Assembly (NCBI GenBank): GCA_963668175.1
Contig: OY764159.1
Span: 4,064,001-4,128,000, forward strand
Direction of reading: 5' to 3'
Length of the DNA: 64,000 nt
Origin: Syntrophales bacterium
GTDB taxonomy: Bacteria > Desulfobacterota > Syntrophia > Syntrophales > PHBD01
Shown here: in pieces, positions 39,492-49,035 of the stretch
How positions within the stretch are numbered: position 1 is the stretch's first letter
Layout of the letters: each line of letters opens with the position of its first letter
The notes under the pieces: generated by a model
Database searches by the model: none
Seen by the model: only the letters and a program-made list of their open reading frames with translations
Told to the model about the DNA's origin: nothing
Position numbers and translations under genes: made by a program

Positions 39492-42134
39492 ATGAACAGA
39501 CGGCTGCTGACGGCCGTCTTCTCGTTTTTATACCTCTTGATCCTTCACACCGGCTGGGCCATCGCCGAAGACGTCAAAAAAATCGCCATAGCGCCGTTTA
39601 CGGTACATAGTAAAGACAACAGGGAAAATCTCCAGGAAGCCCTTTTAAAAGCCCTGGCGGCAGAGATGACAACGCATAAGACCATTCAGCTTGTCGATCA
39701 GGGGCTCGTCTCCCGGGTAGTCGGCGGACGACCGGTCGATGAAAAACTGGCCGTCAGGATTGCAGACGAAGCGAAAGCCCAGTATGTCGTTATGGGGAGC
39801 GTTTCTCAATTCGGCGATCAGATCAGTGTGGACGTCATCGTCTATGATGTCGAGCAGAAAAAGGCACTGCCGGGCTATTTCGTTCAGGGAAGAGGCATGG
39901 AAAGCATCGCGGCAACCATAGCCCCCCGCATCAAAAGCGATCTGCTTCTGAAAACCGGAGTGGAAAAAAGGATTGCCAGCATTGAATTCAAGGGCAACAA
40001 AAAGATTGAGAATACCGCTATTTCACAGGTCATTAAAAGCGCGAAGGGCGGCATCTTTTCCAATGCCGATTTGTCGAACGACGTCAAGACCATTTATCAG
40101 ATGGGTTATTTTGACGATGTCCGGGCGGACGTGGCGGATACGCCAGAGGGACAGGCCATCGTCTTTACGGTCAACGAAAAGGCCCTTATTGCCGACGTTG
40201 CGATTCGCGGAAACAAGAAACTCGATACGGACGAAATCAAATCGGCCATGACGGTCAAACCTCATCAAATCTTGAATCCCCTGAAACTTAAGGCCGATGT
40301 CGAAAAAATTAAAGGTCTTTACGAAGGCAAGGGATATTATAATGCGGAAATTTCAACCGCCATCGAGAAAGAAGGGACCAAAGATCCCGTCGTGGTTGTA
40401 AATATTGTCGAAAACGACCGGTTATATGTCCGGAGGATATCGTTTGAAGGCAACAAGGCATTCAGGGATAAAGACCTCAAAAACATGATGAAGACATCCG
40501 AATGGTATATCTTCTCATTCATCACGGACGCCGGGCTGCTGAAGAAGGACGAACTCCGCCAGGACATGGGAAAACTGAGCACATTCTATCTGAACAACGG
40601 GTACATCAACGCCCAGATCGGGGAACCGGAGATAACCCACGACCAGAAGGGCATCTACATCAAAATACCCATCAGCGAGGGTAAGCAGTTCAAAGTCGGC
40701 AAAGTGGATATCACGGGCGATGAATTAAAGACGCCGAAGGCCGACCTTCTTGCCAAACTCACCATCAAGCAAAAGGATTATTACGACCGATCGGCGATCA
40801 TGAGAGACATTGAAGAATTGACCCGGATCACCAACGATGAGGGTTACGCCAACGCCGATATCACGCCCCGTACAAACGTTCTGGAAAAAGAGACTGCTGT
40901 CGACATTACTTATCATATTACCAAGGGGAGCCTTGTCTATTTCAACAGGATCACCATAACAGGCAACTACAAGACGAGAGACAAGGTCATCCGCCGGATG
41001 CTCTCCGTCGTGGAAGGGGATCTCTATAACAACACGGGGCTGAAGAGAAGTTATCAATCTCTGGAAAGAACCCGGTATTTTGAAGAGATTAATTTTCAGG
41101 CCGAAAAGGGACCCAATGACGCCTTGACGGACGTCAACGTCCAGGTCAAAGAAAAACAGACGGGCATGTTCAGTATCGGCGTAGGTTACAGCGCTTCGGA
41201 CAATGCCTCCATAACCGCGAAGGTGGAGCAGCAGAATCTCTTCGGCAGAGCCCAGACCTTGAGTTTGAGGGCAACTCTATCCGGATATCGAAGACTATAC
41301 GAGGTATCGTTCACGGAACCCTGGTTGTTCGACTTGCCCTTGTGGATGAAAGCCGATTTATGGAACATCGAACGGCAATACGACACTTACACGCTTGAGG
41401 CCATCGGCTTTGGAATGACGTTCGGTTACCCCTTGTGGGAAAAGATATACGGCTCGATTGGATACCGCTTATCGAACGATACGGTCAAAGACATCCTGAC
41501 TACCGCATCGGATTACACGAAATCCCAGGAAGGCACAACGGTAACGAGCAGCATAACAGCGGCCCTCAACCGGGATTCAACGAACGATACTATGTTTCCT
41601 TCCCAGGGATCGAGAAACAGCATAGCCGTAACGTATGCCGGTGGGTTTCTGCAGGGGGATTCCCAATTCACCCGCTACGGCGCCACCTCTTTCTGGTTTT
41701 TCCCCCTTCCTTGGGATACCGTATTCAGCGTGGGGGGAAGGTGGGGTTATATAACCGCCAACAACGATAAGCCCATTCCTGTTTATGAACGTTATTATCT
41801 CGGCGGAATCAACAGCCTGAGAGGTTTGAGGAATGTCGGCCCCACAGACCCGGCCACCGGCGAGTTCATCGGCGGCCTTACGATGATGAGCTACACGGCG
41901 GAATATATCTTCCCCGTTATGAAGAGCGCGGGACTAAGAGGGGTTGTCTTTTTCGACACAGGAAACTCTTGGGAAAGCGGTTATCATTTTAACGATATGA
42001 GGCGAACCACCGGTGTCGGCGTCCGTTGGTATTCGCCGATAGGTCCATTGAGACTGGAATGGGGCTATGTTCTGGATCGGAGGGAAGGCGACGACCCCTT
42101 CCGCTGGGAATTCACCATGGGCATGATGATGTAG
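39492..42134 (+). CDS. bamA: Outer membrane protein assembly factor BamA with an extra N-terminal domain
   Basis: Signal peptide, POTRA repeats, GGINSLRG, RWYSPIGPLRLEWG. Start placed at MNRRLL (39492). Confidence 0.93.
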   Translation: MNRRLLTAVFSFLYLLILHTGWAIAEDVKKIAIAPFTVHSKDNRENLQEALLKALAAEMTTHKTIQLVDQGLVSRVVGGRPVDEKLAVRIADEAKAQYVVMGSVSQFGDQISVDVIVYDVEQKKALPGYFVQGRGMESIAATIAPRIKSDLLLKTGVEKRIASIEFKGNKKIENTAISQVIKSAKGGIFSNADLSNDVKTIYQMGYFDDVRADVADTPEGQAIVFTVNEKALIADVAIRGNKKLDTDEIKSAMTVKPHQILNPLKLKADVEKIKGLYEGKGYYNAEISTAIEKEGTKDPVVVVNIVENDRLYVRRISFEGNKAFRDKDLKNMMKTSEWYIFSFITDAGLLKKDELRQDMGKLSTFYLNNGYINAQIGEPEITHDQKGIYIKIPISEGKQFKVGKVDITGDELKTPKADLLAKLTIKQKDYYDRSAIMRDIEELTRITNDEGYANADITPRTNVLEKETAVDITYHITKGSLVYFNRITITGNYKTRDKVIRRMLSVVEGDLYNNTGLKRSYQSLERTRYFEEINFQAEKGPNDALTDVNVQVKEKQTGMFSIGVGYSASDNASITAKVEQQNLFGRAQTLSLRATLSGYRRLYEVSFTEPWLFDLPLWMKADLWNIERQYDTYTLEAIGFGMTFGYPLWEKIYGSIGYRLSNDTVKDILTTASDYTKSQEGTTVTSSITAALNRDSTNDTMFPSQGSRNSIAVTYAGGFLQGDSQFTRYGATSFWFFPLPWDTVFSVGGRWGYITANNDKPIPVYERYYLGGINSLRGLRNVGPTDPATGEFIGGLTMMSYTAEYIFPVMKSAGLRGVVFFDTGNSWESGYHFNDMRRTTGVGVRWYSPIGPLRLEWGYVLDRREGDDPFRWEFTMGMMM

Positions 42135-42261
42135 CATGTCATATCAGACGGGGTTTATTCACTCCTTGATAAGAAAGCTATATATAACATATGACATCCC
42201 TGAGCGGGGATATAAAAGAAGAGAACATTTATTCAACAACACAAAAGGGAGGAGAATATTC

Positions 42262-42798
42262 ATGAAAAAAGCCAGCCTTTACATCCTGGGCTTTGCCGTT
42301 GTCCTGTCAATGGTTTTTATGACTTCCGCCGTCATGGCCGCGGAAGGTAAGATCGGTTTTGTCAATATGCGCGAGATCATCATGACTTCCGATGCCGGGA
42401 AGAAGACGTACGAAACGCTGAAGAAGTCCTTCGACAAAGACAGGGCTGTTCTCAAGGATAAGGAAACAGAGCTGACGAAACTCAAGGATGAAATAGACAA
42501 GCAACGCTCCGTCATGAGACCGGACGTCCTGAAGGAGAAAGAATCGGTGCTCCAGAAAAAAGTGCGGGACGCACAGTTGATGGCCCGTGATTTTGAAGAA
42601 GAGATCACGAAGAAGGAACAGGAATTCATCAACAATGTATTGCCTGATGTATTTAAAATCATCCGTGCTATCGGCGAGAAAGAGAAATATACGATGATCA
42701 TCGACCCCATCGCTATGCAGATCCCTTATTTTGCAAAGGAAAACGATATCACCAAACGGGTGATCGATGAATTTAACAAAGCCAACAGGCGCAAATAA
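42262..42798 (+). CDS. skp: Skp/OmpH periplasmic chaperone
   Basis: Signal peptide, KIGFVN, DITKRVI; lies between bamA and lpxD; GGAGG RBS. Confidence 0.9.
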   Translation: MKKASLYILGFAVVLSMVFMTSAVMAAEGKIGFVNMREIIMTSDAGKKTYETLKKSFDKDRAVLKDKETELTKLKDEIDKQRSVMRPDVLKEKESVLQKKVRDAQLMARDFEEEITKKEQEFINNVLPDVFKIIRAIGEKEKYTMIIDPIAMQIPYFAKENDITKRVIDEFNKANRRK

Positions 42799-42849
42799 CG
42801 GCGGCGCAGCCTCCGGCAAGCCATCCGCAGAATACAGGGCGTAACAGAT

Positions 42850-43875
42850 TTGGAAAAGACCGTAGCAGAAATTGCAGAATACCTGAACGGCCGGGTCGTC
42901 GGGGATGGATCAGTCGTCATCCGCAACGTCCAAGGCGTTGATGAAGCCGGAAAAGGCGACCTGACATTCGTTGCCAACCGCAAGTATCTCAAGAAGCTTG
43001 CGGCAACGGGTGCCTCGGCGGTAATCGTCCATCCCGACATGGAAGGTCAAGGAAAGAACTTCATCGTTGTCCCCGACCCCTATGTGGCCTTCGGAAGAGT
43101 TCTGGCCCTCTTTTATCCAGACCAGGAGGAACAACCGGGTATCAGCACCTCGGCCTACATCGAGGATGGGGCCTCCGTATCTCGTGAAGCTGTCGTATAT
43201 CCAGGTGCAACGGTTTGTCGCGGCGCCAAAGTCGAAAAAGGCGTCGTTCTTTATCCGGGTGTCTTCGTTGGCCGGGATGCCGTCATCGACGAGGGTTCGA
43301 TACTCCACCCCAACGTTACGGTCTACCGGCGCTGTCTGATCGGCAAACGCGTCATTCTCCATGCCGGAGTCGTTGTCGGCAGCGATGGTTTCGGTTTCGC
43401 AGCCCCCGGCGGCGCGAACATGAAAATCCCGCAGGTCGGCATCGTACAGATCGACGACGACGTGGAGATCGGCGCCAACACGACGATAGACCGCGGAACC
43501 ATGGGCAGGACATGGATACAGAAAGGCGTCAAGATTGACAACCTGGTACAAATCGCCCACAATGTCGTCATCGGCGAGCACTCGGTCATCGTTGCCCAGG
43601 TAGGCATATCGGGAAGCGCAAAGCTGGGTAAGGGCGTCATCATCGGCGGCCAGGCAGGAATCGTTGGCCATATCCGGATAGGAGACCACGTCATGGCGGC
43701 GGCGAGAGCCGGCATACACAAGGACGTTCCTCCCCAGTCGATCGTGGCGGGTGCGCCGCACCGCTCCCACAGGGAGTGGCTGCGTATCGAAGCTTCCATC
43801 CCCAAGATTCCCGATATGAACAGCACCATAGCCGACCTGATGAAACGGGTAGATTTGCTGGAAAAAAAGGATTAG
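42850..43875 (+). CDS. lpxD: UDP-3-O-acyl-glucosamine N-acyltransferase
   Basis: GSDGFGF, KIPQVG, IGANTTIDRG, KIDNLVQIAHN; TTG start. Confidence 0.95.
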   Translation: MEKTVAEIAEYLNGRVVGDGSVVIRNVQGVDEAGKGDLTFVANRKYLKKLAATGASAVIVHPDMEGQGKNFIVVPDPYVAFGRVLALFYPDQEEQPGISTSAYIEDGASVSREAVVYPGATVCRGAKVEKGVVLYPGVFVGRDAVIDEGSILHPNVTVYRRCLIGKRVILHAGVVVGSDGFGFAAPGGANMKIPQVGIVQIDDDVEIGANTTIDRGTMGRTWIQKGVKIDNLVQIAHNVVIGEHSVIVAQVGISGSAKLGKGVIIGGQAGIVGHIRIGDHVMAAARAGIHKDVPPQSIVAGAPHRSHREWLRIEASIPKIPDMNSTIADLMKRVDLLEKKD

Positions 43876-43964
43876 CGGCCGAATAAGGTTTGCCGTGCGA
43901 TAGCCGATATCGTTCGCTTTTGATATGAGAGATTGAAGAAGAAATTCCACGAAAAGGATTCATC

Positions 43965-44738
43965 ATGAACATTCATCCCACAGCCATTATCTCCCCCGAT
44001 GCCAAACTGGGCGAAGGCGTCCAGATAGGGCCCTACACGATCATCGGCCCCAGTGTCACCATCGGCAAGAATTCCATCATAGGCCCCCACGTCGTCATCG
44101 AGAGCCATACGGACATCGGCGAGGGATGCCGTGTTTTTCAGTTTGCCTCCCTGGGCGGACTGCCACAGGATCTCAAATACAAGGGCGAGGAGACTCGGGT
44201 CGTTATAGGCAACTTCAACGTCATTCGCGAATATGTCACGATCAATCGTGCCACATCGGCGGACATCGGCGTGACGATCATGGGCGACCACAATCTGATC
44301 ATGGCCTACAGCCATATCGCCCATAACTGCAAATTGGGCAATTACGTGATCATGGGCAATTCCTCCAACCTGGCGGGCCATATCCACGTGGACGATTTTG
44401 CCATCATCAGCGGCCTGACGGGCGTTCATCAATTCACCAGGATCGGCACCCACTGTTTCATCGGCGGCTGCTCGGCCGTTGCCAAGGACGTGCCGCCGTA
44501 CGTCATGGTGTCGGGAATCCGTGCCAAGCCTTATGGCTTGAATCTCGTCGGCATGCAAAGAAGGGGTTTTAAGGAAGACGCGATCGTCGCCTTAAAGAAG
44601 GCCTACAAGACCCTCTACCGATCGTCGCTGCTTCTTAAGGACGCGATTCAAAAAATACGGGAGGAATCCGGCGACCGGCCCGAAATCAAGATCTTCATCG
44701 AATTCATCGAGCAATCCACCCGGGGAATTTTAAGATAG
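43965..44738 (+). CDS. lpxA: UDP-N-acetylglucosamine O-acyltransferase
   Basis: IHPTAII, PQDLKY, HIAHNC, VHQF. Confidence 0.95.
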   Translation: MNIHPTAIISPDAKLGEGVQIGPYTIIGPSVTIGKNSIIGPHVVIESHTDIGEGCRVFQFASLGGLPQDLKYKGEETRVVIGNFNVIREYVTINRATSADIGVTIMGDHNLIMAYSHIAHNCKLGNYVIMGNSSNLAGHIHVDDFAIISGLTGVHQFTRIGTHCFIGGCSAVAKDVPPYVMVSGIRAKPYGLNLVGMQRRGFKEDAIVALKKAYKTLYRSSLLLKDAIQKIREESGDRPEIKIFIEFIEQSTRGILR

Positions 44739-44797
44739 AGGAACATCTTTTTTGAAACCGGACAGGGAGAGGCGGCACACGAAGCCCCCACGCGATC

Positions 44798-45988
44798 ATG
44801 CCGATTGAAGCGCCCCATGAAAATCAGGCAGAAGCATCCGGTTCCACCGGCAGGTCGAAACATATCATGATCGTTGCCGGAGAGGATTCCGGGGACATCC
44901 ACGGAGCCTCTCTTGTCCAGGCCATCCATCGGTTAAATCCCGGGACACGCTTTTTCGGCATGGGCGGACATCGGATGCGCGAAAGCGGCGTGGAAATCAT
45001 CGCCGATGCCTCGCAGATAGCCGTGGTCGGGGTGACCGACGTCCTTCTGCATCTCAAGCTGATTCTGCAAACCATGAACCGGCTAGAGTCCGCCATCGGG
45101 GAACGGAAGCCGGATCTTCTGATTCTGATCGATTACCCGGGTTTCAACCTTCGTCTGGCCAAATCGGCAAAGAAAATGGGGACGGTTATTCTCTATTATA
45201 TCAGTCCGAAGGTCTGGGCGTGGGGGAAAAGGCGGATCGCAACGATCAGGCGGTACGTCGATAGAATGGCTGTCATCTTCCCTTTTGAAGAGCCCATGTA
45301 CAAAAATGCAGGCGTGAGTGCCTCGTTCGTCGGCCACCCGCTTCTGGATATCGTCAAGACAAAGTACCAACGCGAGGAGGCCCTCGACAAATTCGGCCTC
45401 GCGAAGGATAAGACAACCATAGCCCTACTGCCCGGCAGCAGACGGTCGGAGGTTGACAGGCTTTTGCCGGAGATGCTGAAGGCGGCCGTTCTTATCAGGG
45501 AAAACAGCCCCGGGGTGCAATTCGTTCTGCCGCTGGCGGATTCGATCTCTCCGGAATCCATTGCACCGATGATGGATGCGAATCCGATTACCGTCCATAT
45601 CGTCCGGAACGATACGTATGACGCCCTGGCCGTTTCGAACATCGCCATCGTGGCTTCGGGAACGGCCACGCTGGAAACGGCCTTGCTGGACGTACCGATG
45701 GTCATCATCTATCGCGTCTCGGCCCTGACCTATTACCTGGCGAAGGTGGCGGTCAGGATCGAACACTTGGGCCTTGTCAACATTCTGGCAGGGAGAACGG
45801 TCGTGCCCGAGTTGCTTCAGAAAGAAGCCACCGGGGAAAAAATCGCGGCCGAGATCCTCGATATGCTGACCAACCGAGGGCGGACGGACGCTATGAAGAC
45901 CGAATATTCTCGGATCAAGACCATGCTGGGTGAAAGAGGCGCCGCGGACAGGGCGGCCAAACTCGCTTTGGGAATGGTCGGCGGATAA
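44798..45988 (+). CDS. lpxB: Lipid-A-disaccharide synthase
   Basis: VAGEDSGD, IDYPGFN, VGHPL, LLPGSRRSE, SGTATLE. Confidence 0.95.
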   Translation: MPIEAPHENQAEASGSTGRSKHIMIVAGEDSGDIHGASLVQAIHRLNPGTRFFGMGGHRMRESGVEIIADASQIAVVGVTDVLLHLKLILQTMNRLESAIGERKPDLLILIDYPGFNLRLAKSAKKMGTVILYYISPKVWAWGKRRIATIRRYVDRMAVIFPFEEPMYKNAGVSASFVGHPLLDIVKTKYQREEALDKFGLAKDKTTIALLPGSRRSEVDRLLPEMLKAAVLIRENSPGVQFVLPLADSISPESIAPMMDANPITVHIVRNDTYDALAVSNIAIVASGTATLETALLDVPMVIIYRVSALTYYLAKVAVRIEHLGLVNILAGRTVVPELLQKEATGEKIAAEILDMLTNRGRTDAMKTEYSRIKTMLGERGAADRAAKLALGMVGG

Positions 45989-46083
45989 TTCCGGCACTGT
46001 GTTTCATCGTTGCACGGAACGTACGATTCGTCGTGCTGCCGCCATTGAATACGGATTATAATCAACCAGGATGGAAATAGACC

Positions 46084-47850
46084 ATGGACATGTTTAAGCG
46101 ATTGCTGCTTTTGGCCAAACCTCATACCCCGAAATTCATCATTGCCATGCTGTGCATGATGGGTGTCGGCGGCCTGACGGCCACGCAGGCCTACCTGGTA
46201 AAACCGGTCCTGGACGGCATTTTTGTCAACAAGGATTACGATCTGCTGAAATGGCTGTCCCTGGCGATTTTTGCATTGTACGCGTTCAAAGGCGTTTTCA
46301 GCTACGGTCACACGATCCTGATGAATTACATAGGACTCCGCATCATCGCCGACCTGCGCAATCGACTCTATCGGAAGATACAGGAACAATCCCTCACGTT
46401 TTTCACCAAGAATCCCACCGGCGTCCTGATGTCCCGGATCACCAACGATGTCGGGTCCGTCCAGGGGGCCGTTTCCGAAGCCGTAACCAGCCTCATGAAG
46501 GATTCCTTTACCCTGGTCGGCCTCATTTTTGTCATCTTCTACCAATCGTGGAAGTTGGCCCTGATCGCACTGGTCGTCTTCCCCCTGATCATCTACCCCA
46601 TCGCCACCTTCGGACGGAAGATGAGAAGCATCGCCACACGCACGCAGGTAACGGTGGGGAGCCTGACCTCCCTTCTCCAGGAAACCATATCGGGCACAAG
46701 AATCGTCAAAGCTTTCAGCATGGAGGAATACGAAAACAAGCGATTCGAAAACGAGAACGAAAAGCTGCTCAAGCTGACGCTGAAATCGGTCACCATCGGC
46801 GCCATTTCGAGCCCCTTCATGGAATTCCTCGGCGGATGCGCCATCGGCGTCATTATCTTTTACGGCGGCTACCAGGTCATCAGTGGCGGTTTTACCCCCG
46901 GACGGTTCTTCTCCTTTCTGACGGCCCTCATCCTGCTTTACGAACCGGTAAAGCGCCTGACCAACGTGAATAACACCATTCAGCAGGGCATCGCCGGGGC
47001 GCAAAGGGTCTTCGCCATCATCGACACCATACCGGACATCAAGGACAGCGAAACGTCCACGCCGCTGCCGCGGATATCGGCGGGCATTTCCATTCGCAAT
47101 GTCAATTTCCGATATGAGGAAACTCCCGTCCTGAAAAACATCAACCTGGACATCAGGGCCGGGGAGGTTGTTGCCTTCGTCGGCATGAGCGGCGGAGGCA
47201 AGACGACGCTCGTCAATCTGATCCCCCGGTTTTACGATGTAACCGAAGGAAGCATCACGATCGACGGCCATGACATTCGTTCCGTCACGGTCGGGTCCCT
47301 GAGAAGTCAGATAGGCATCGTGACCCAGCAGACGATTCTCTTCAACGATACGGTCCGTAACAACATCGCATACGGCGACATCGCCAAGAGCGAGGATGAA
47401 ATCGTCAAGGCCGCCGTGGCCGCCAACGCTCACGGATTCATCATGGGGTTGCCGTCAGGCTACGACACCATGATAGGGGAGCAGGGCGCCAAATTGTCGG
47501 GCGGGGAGCGGCAGCGCATATCCATCGCCAGGGCGCTCCTGAAGGATGCGCCGATCCTGATCCTGGACGAAGCGACATCCTCCCTAGACACGGAAGCGGA
47601 GCTGGAAGTCCAGGACGCCCTGGAGAACCTCATGAAGGGCCGCACGACGCTCATGATCGCCCACAGGCTCTCCACGATAAGAAACGCCGACAGGATCATC
47701 GTCCTTGTCGACGGAGAAATCGTCGAAGAAGGAAACCACGAGGCCCTGATCGAGAAAAAGGGAGAATATTTCAGGCTTTACAACATGCAGTTTACGGACA
47801 AGCACGCGACCGAAGGCCCTGGATCGTCTCCTGTCAACAACGGCCGGTAA
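46084..47850 (+). CDS. msbA: Lipid A export ABC transporter
   Basis: TM domain plus NBD (GMSGGGKT, LSGGERQR, LDEATSSLD); between lpxB and lpxK. Confidence 0.9.
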   Translation: MDMFKRLLLLAKPHTPKFIIAMLCMMGVGGLTATQAYLVKPVLDGIFVNKDYDLLKWLSLAIFALYAFKGVFSYGHTILMNYIGLRIIADLRNRLYRKIQEQSLTFFTKNPTGVLMSRITNDVGSVQGAVSEAVTSLMKDSFTLVGLIFVIFYQSWKLALIALVVFPLIIYPIATFGRKMRSIATRTQVTVGSLTSLLQETISGTRIVKAFSMEEYENKRFENENEKLLKLTLKSVTIGAISSPFMEFLGGCAIGVIIFYGGYQVISGGFTPGRFFSFLTALILLYEPVKRLTNVNNTIQQGIAGAQRVFAIIDTIPDIKDSETSTPLPRISAGISIRNVNFRYEETPVLKNINLDIRAGEVVAFVGMSGGGKTTLVNLIPRFYDVTEGSITIDGHDIRSVTVGSLRSQIGIVTQQTILFNDTVRNNIAYGDIAKSEDEIVKAAVAANAHGFIMGLPSGYDTMIGEQGAKLSGGERQRISIARALLKDAPILILDEATSSLDTEAELEVQDALENLMKGRTTLMIAHRLSTIRNADRIIVLVDGEIVEEGNHEALIEKKGEYFRLYNMQFTDKHATEGPGSSPVNNGR

Positions 47851-47860
47851 CGTATATTCC

Positions 47861-48943
47861 ATGAATCGGATGACCCATATCATTCACAAGCTCTGGTATG
47901 ACCGGGAATCGTTCCATCCCCTTCACCCGCTGCCTCCGGTTGCCCTCTGTCTCTCCCGTCTTTTTGCGGGCGCCGTCTTTCTGAGAAACAAGCTCTTTGA
48001 CCTGGGTATTTCGGAACAGCGTAAGCTCCCCTGTCCCGTCATCAGCGTCGGCAACCTTGCCGTAGGCGGAACGGGAAAAACACCCACCGTCATTCTGATC
48101 GCCGGCATGCTCAGGGACCAGGGCATGAAACCGGCCATACTGAGCCGGGGCTATGGCGGATCGGCCGAGGAATCCGTCAATATTGTCTCCGACGGGGAAC
48201 GCGTTTTTATGAATCCTGTCGAAGCCGGCGACGAACCGGTTCTCATGGCCAGGGCTCTGCCGGGCATCCCGGTGTTGACCGGAGCAAGCAGGTTCGAGAC
48301 CGGCTCTTACGCCGTCAATGACCTGTCCGCCGATGTTCTGCTCCTCGACGACGGATTTCAGCACCGCAGCCTTCACCGGGACGTGAATATCGTCCTTCTC
48401 GACACCAACAGACCGTTCGGCAACGGCTACCTCCTGCCGCGCGGCCCGCTCCGGGAAACGGCAAAGGCCCTGAAGAGAGCGGATGCCGTTATTCGTATGG
48501 GCATTCCGGAAAAGAATGAAGGGAAAATAGACCCCATACCGTTCCCCGGACCCATCTTTAACGGTTATCATCAACCCCGTGACATCGTGCAGGCCGGGTC
48601 CGGCGCTTCTTATCCGGCTGTCGCCCTTGAAGGCAAAAAGGTCTGTGCATTTACAGGGATCGGAGTCCCCGAATCCTTCAAGACGACGCTCCTGGGTCTC
48701 CATGCCCGCATTCAATCCTTCATCCCTTATCCGGACCATTATCGCTATAAAGAGCACGATCTTGACGACATCCGGAAGACGGCCCTGCAATCTTCGGCCG
48801 AATACATCGTCACTACGGAGAAGGACGCCATAAAACTCAGCGAATATAATCACTTCTGCAACAATCTCCTGGTTCTCAGGACCGAGATCCAACTTGTTGA
48901 AGGTGCCCACACCCTGCTGCAATGGATCAAGGCACACATTTAA
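47861..48943 (+). CDS. lpxK: Tetraacyldisaccharide 4'-kinase
   Basis: VGNLAVGGTGKTP, SRGYGG, LDDGFQH, LPRGPLRE, TTEKDAIK. Confidence 0.95.
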   Translation: MNRMTHIIHKLWYDRESFHPLHPLPPVALCLSRLFAGAVFLRNKLFDLGISEQRKLPCPVISVGNLAVGGTGKTPTVILIAGMLRDQGMKPAILSRGYGGSAEESVNIVSDGERVFMNPVEAGDEPVLMARALPGIPVLTGASRFETGSYAVNDLSADVLLLDDGFQHRSLHRDVNIVLLDTNRPFGNGYLLPRGPLRETAKALKRADAVIRMGIPEKNEGKIDPIPFPGPIFNGYHQPRDIVQAGSGASYPAVALEGKKVCAFTGIGVPESFKTTLLGLHARIQSFIPYPDHYRYKEHDLDDIRKTALQSSAEYIVTTEKDAIKLSEYNHFCNNLLVLRTEIQLVEGAHTLLQWIKAHI

Positions 48944-48965
48944 AACACAGCATGTATTAAACAGA

Positions 48966-48994
48966 TTGACATTACAGAGATTTGTCATTACAAG
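48966..48994 (+). promoter_or_regulatory. Possible internal promoter for the glycan cluster
   Basis: TTGACA-N17-TACAAG in an AT-rich gap; overlaps a TGACA-N11-TGTCA inverted repeat. Confidence 0.35.
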
Positions 48995-49035
48995 CATCTC
49001 GATGCTTTATCGCATTGCAAGAGAGGAATTCACCT

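Noticed and set aside
45817..47433. 538-aa minus-strand ORF
   Set aside because: Antisense shadow of msbA.
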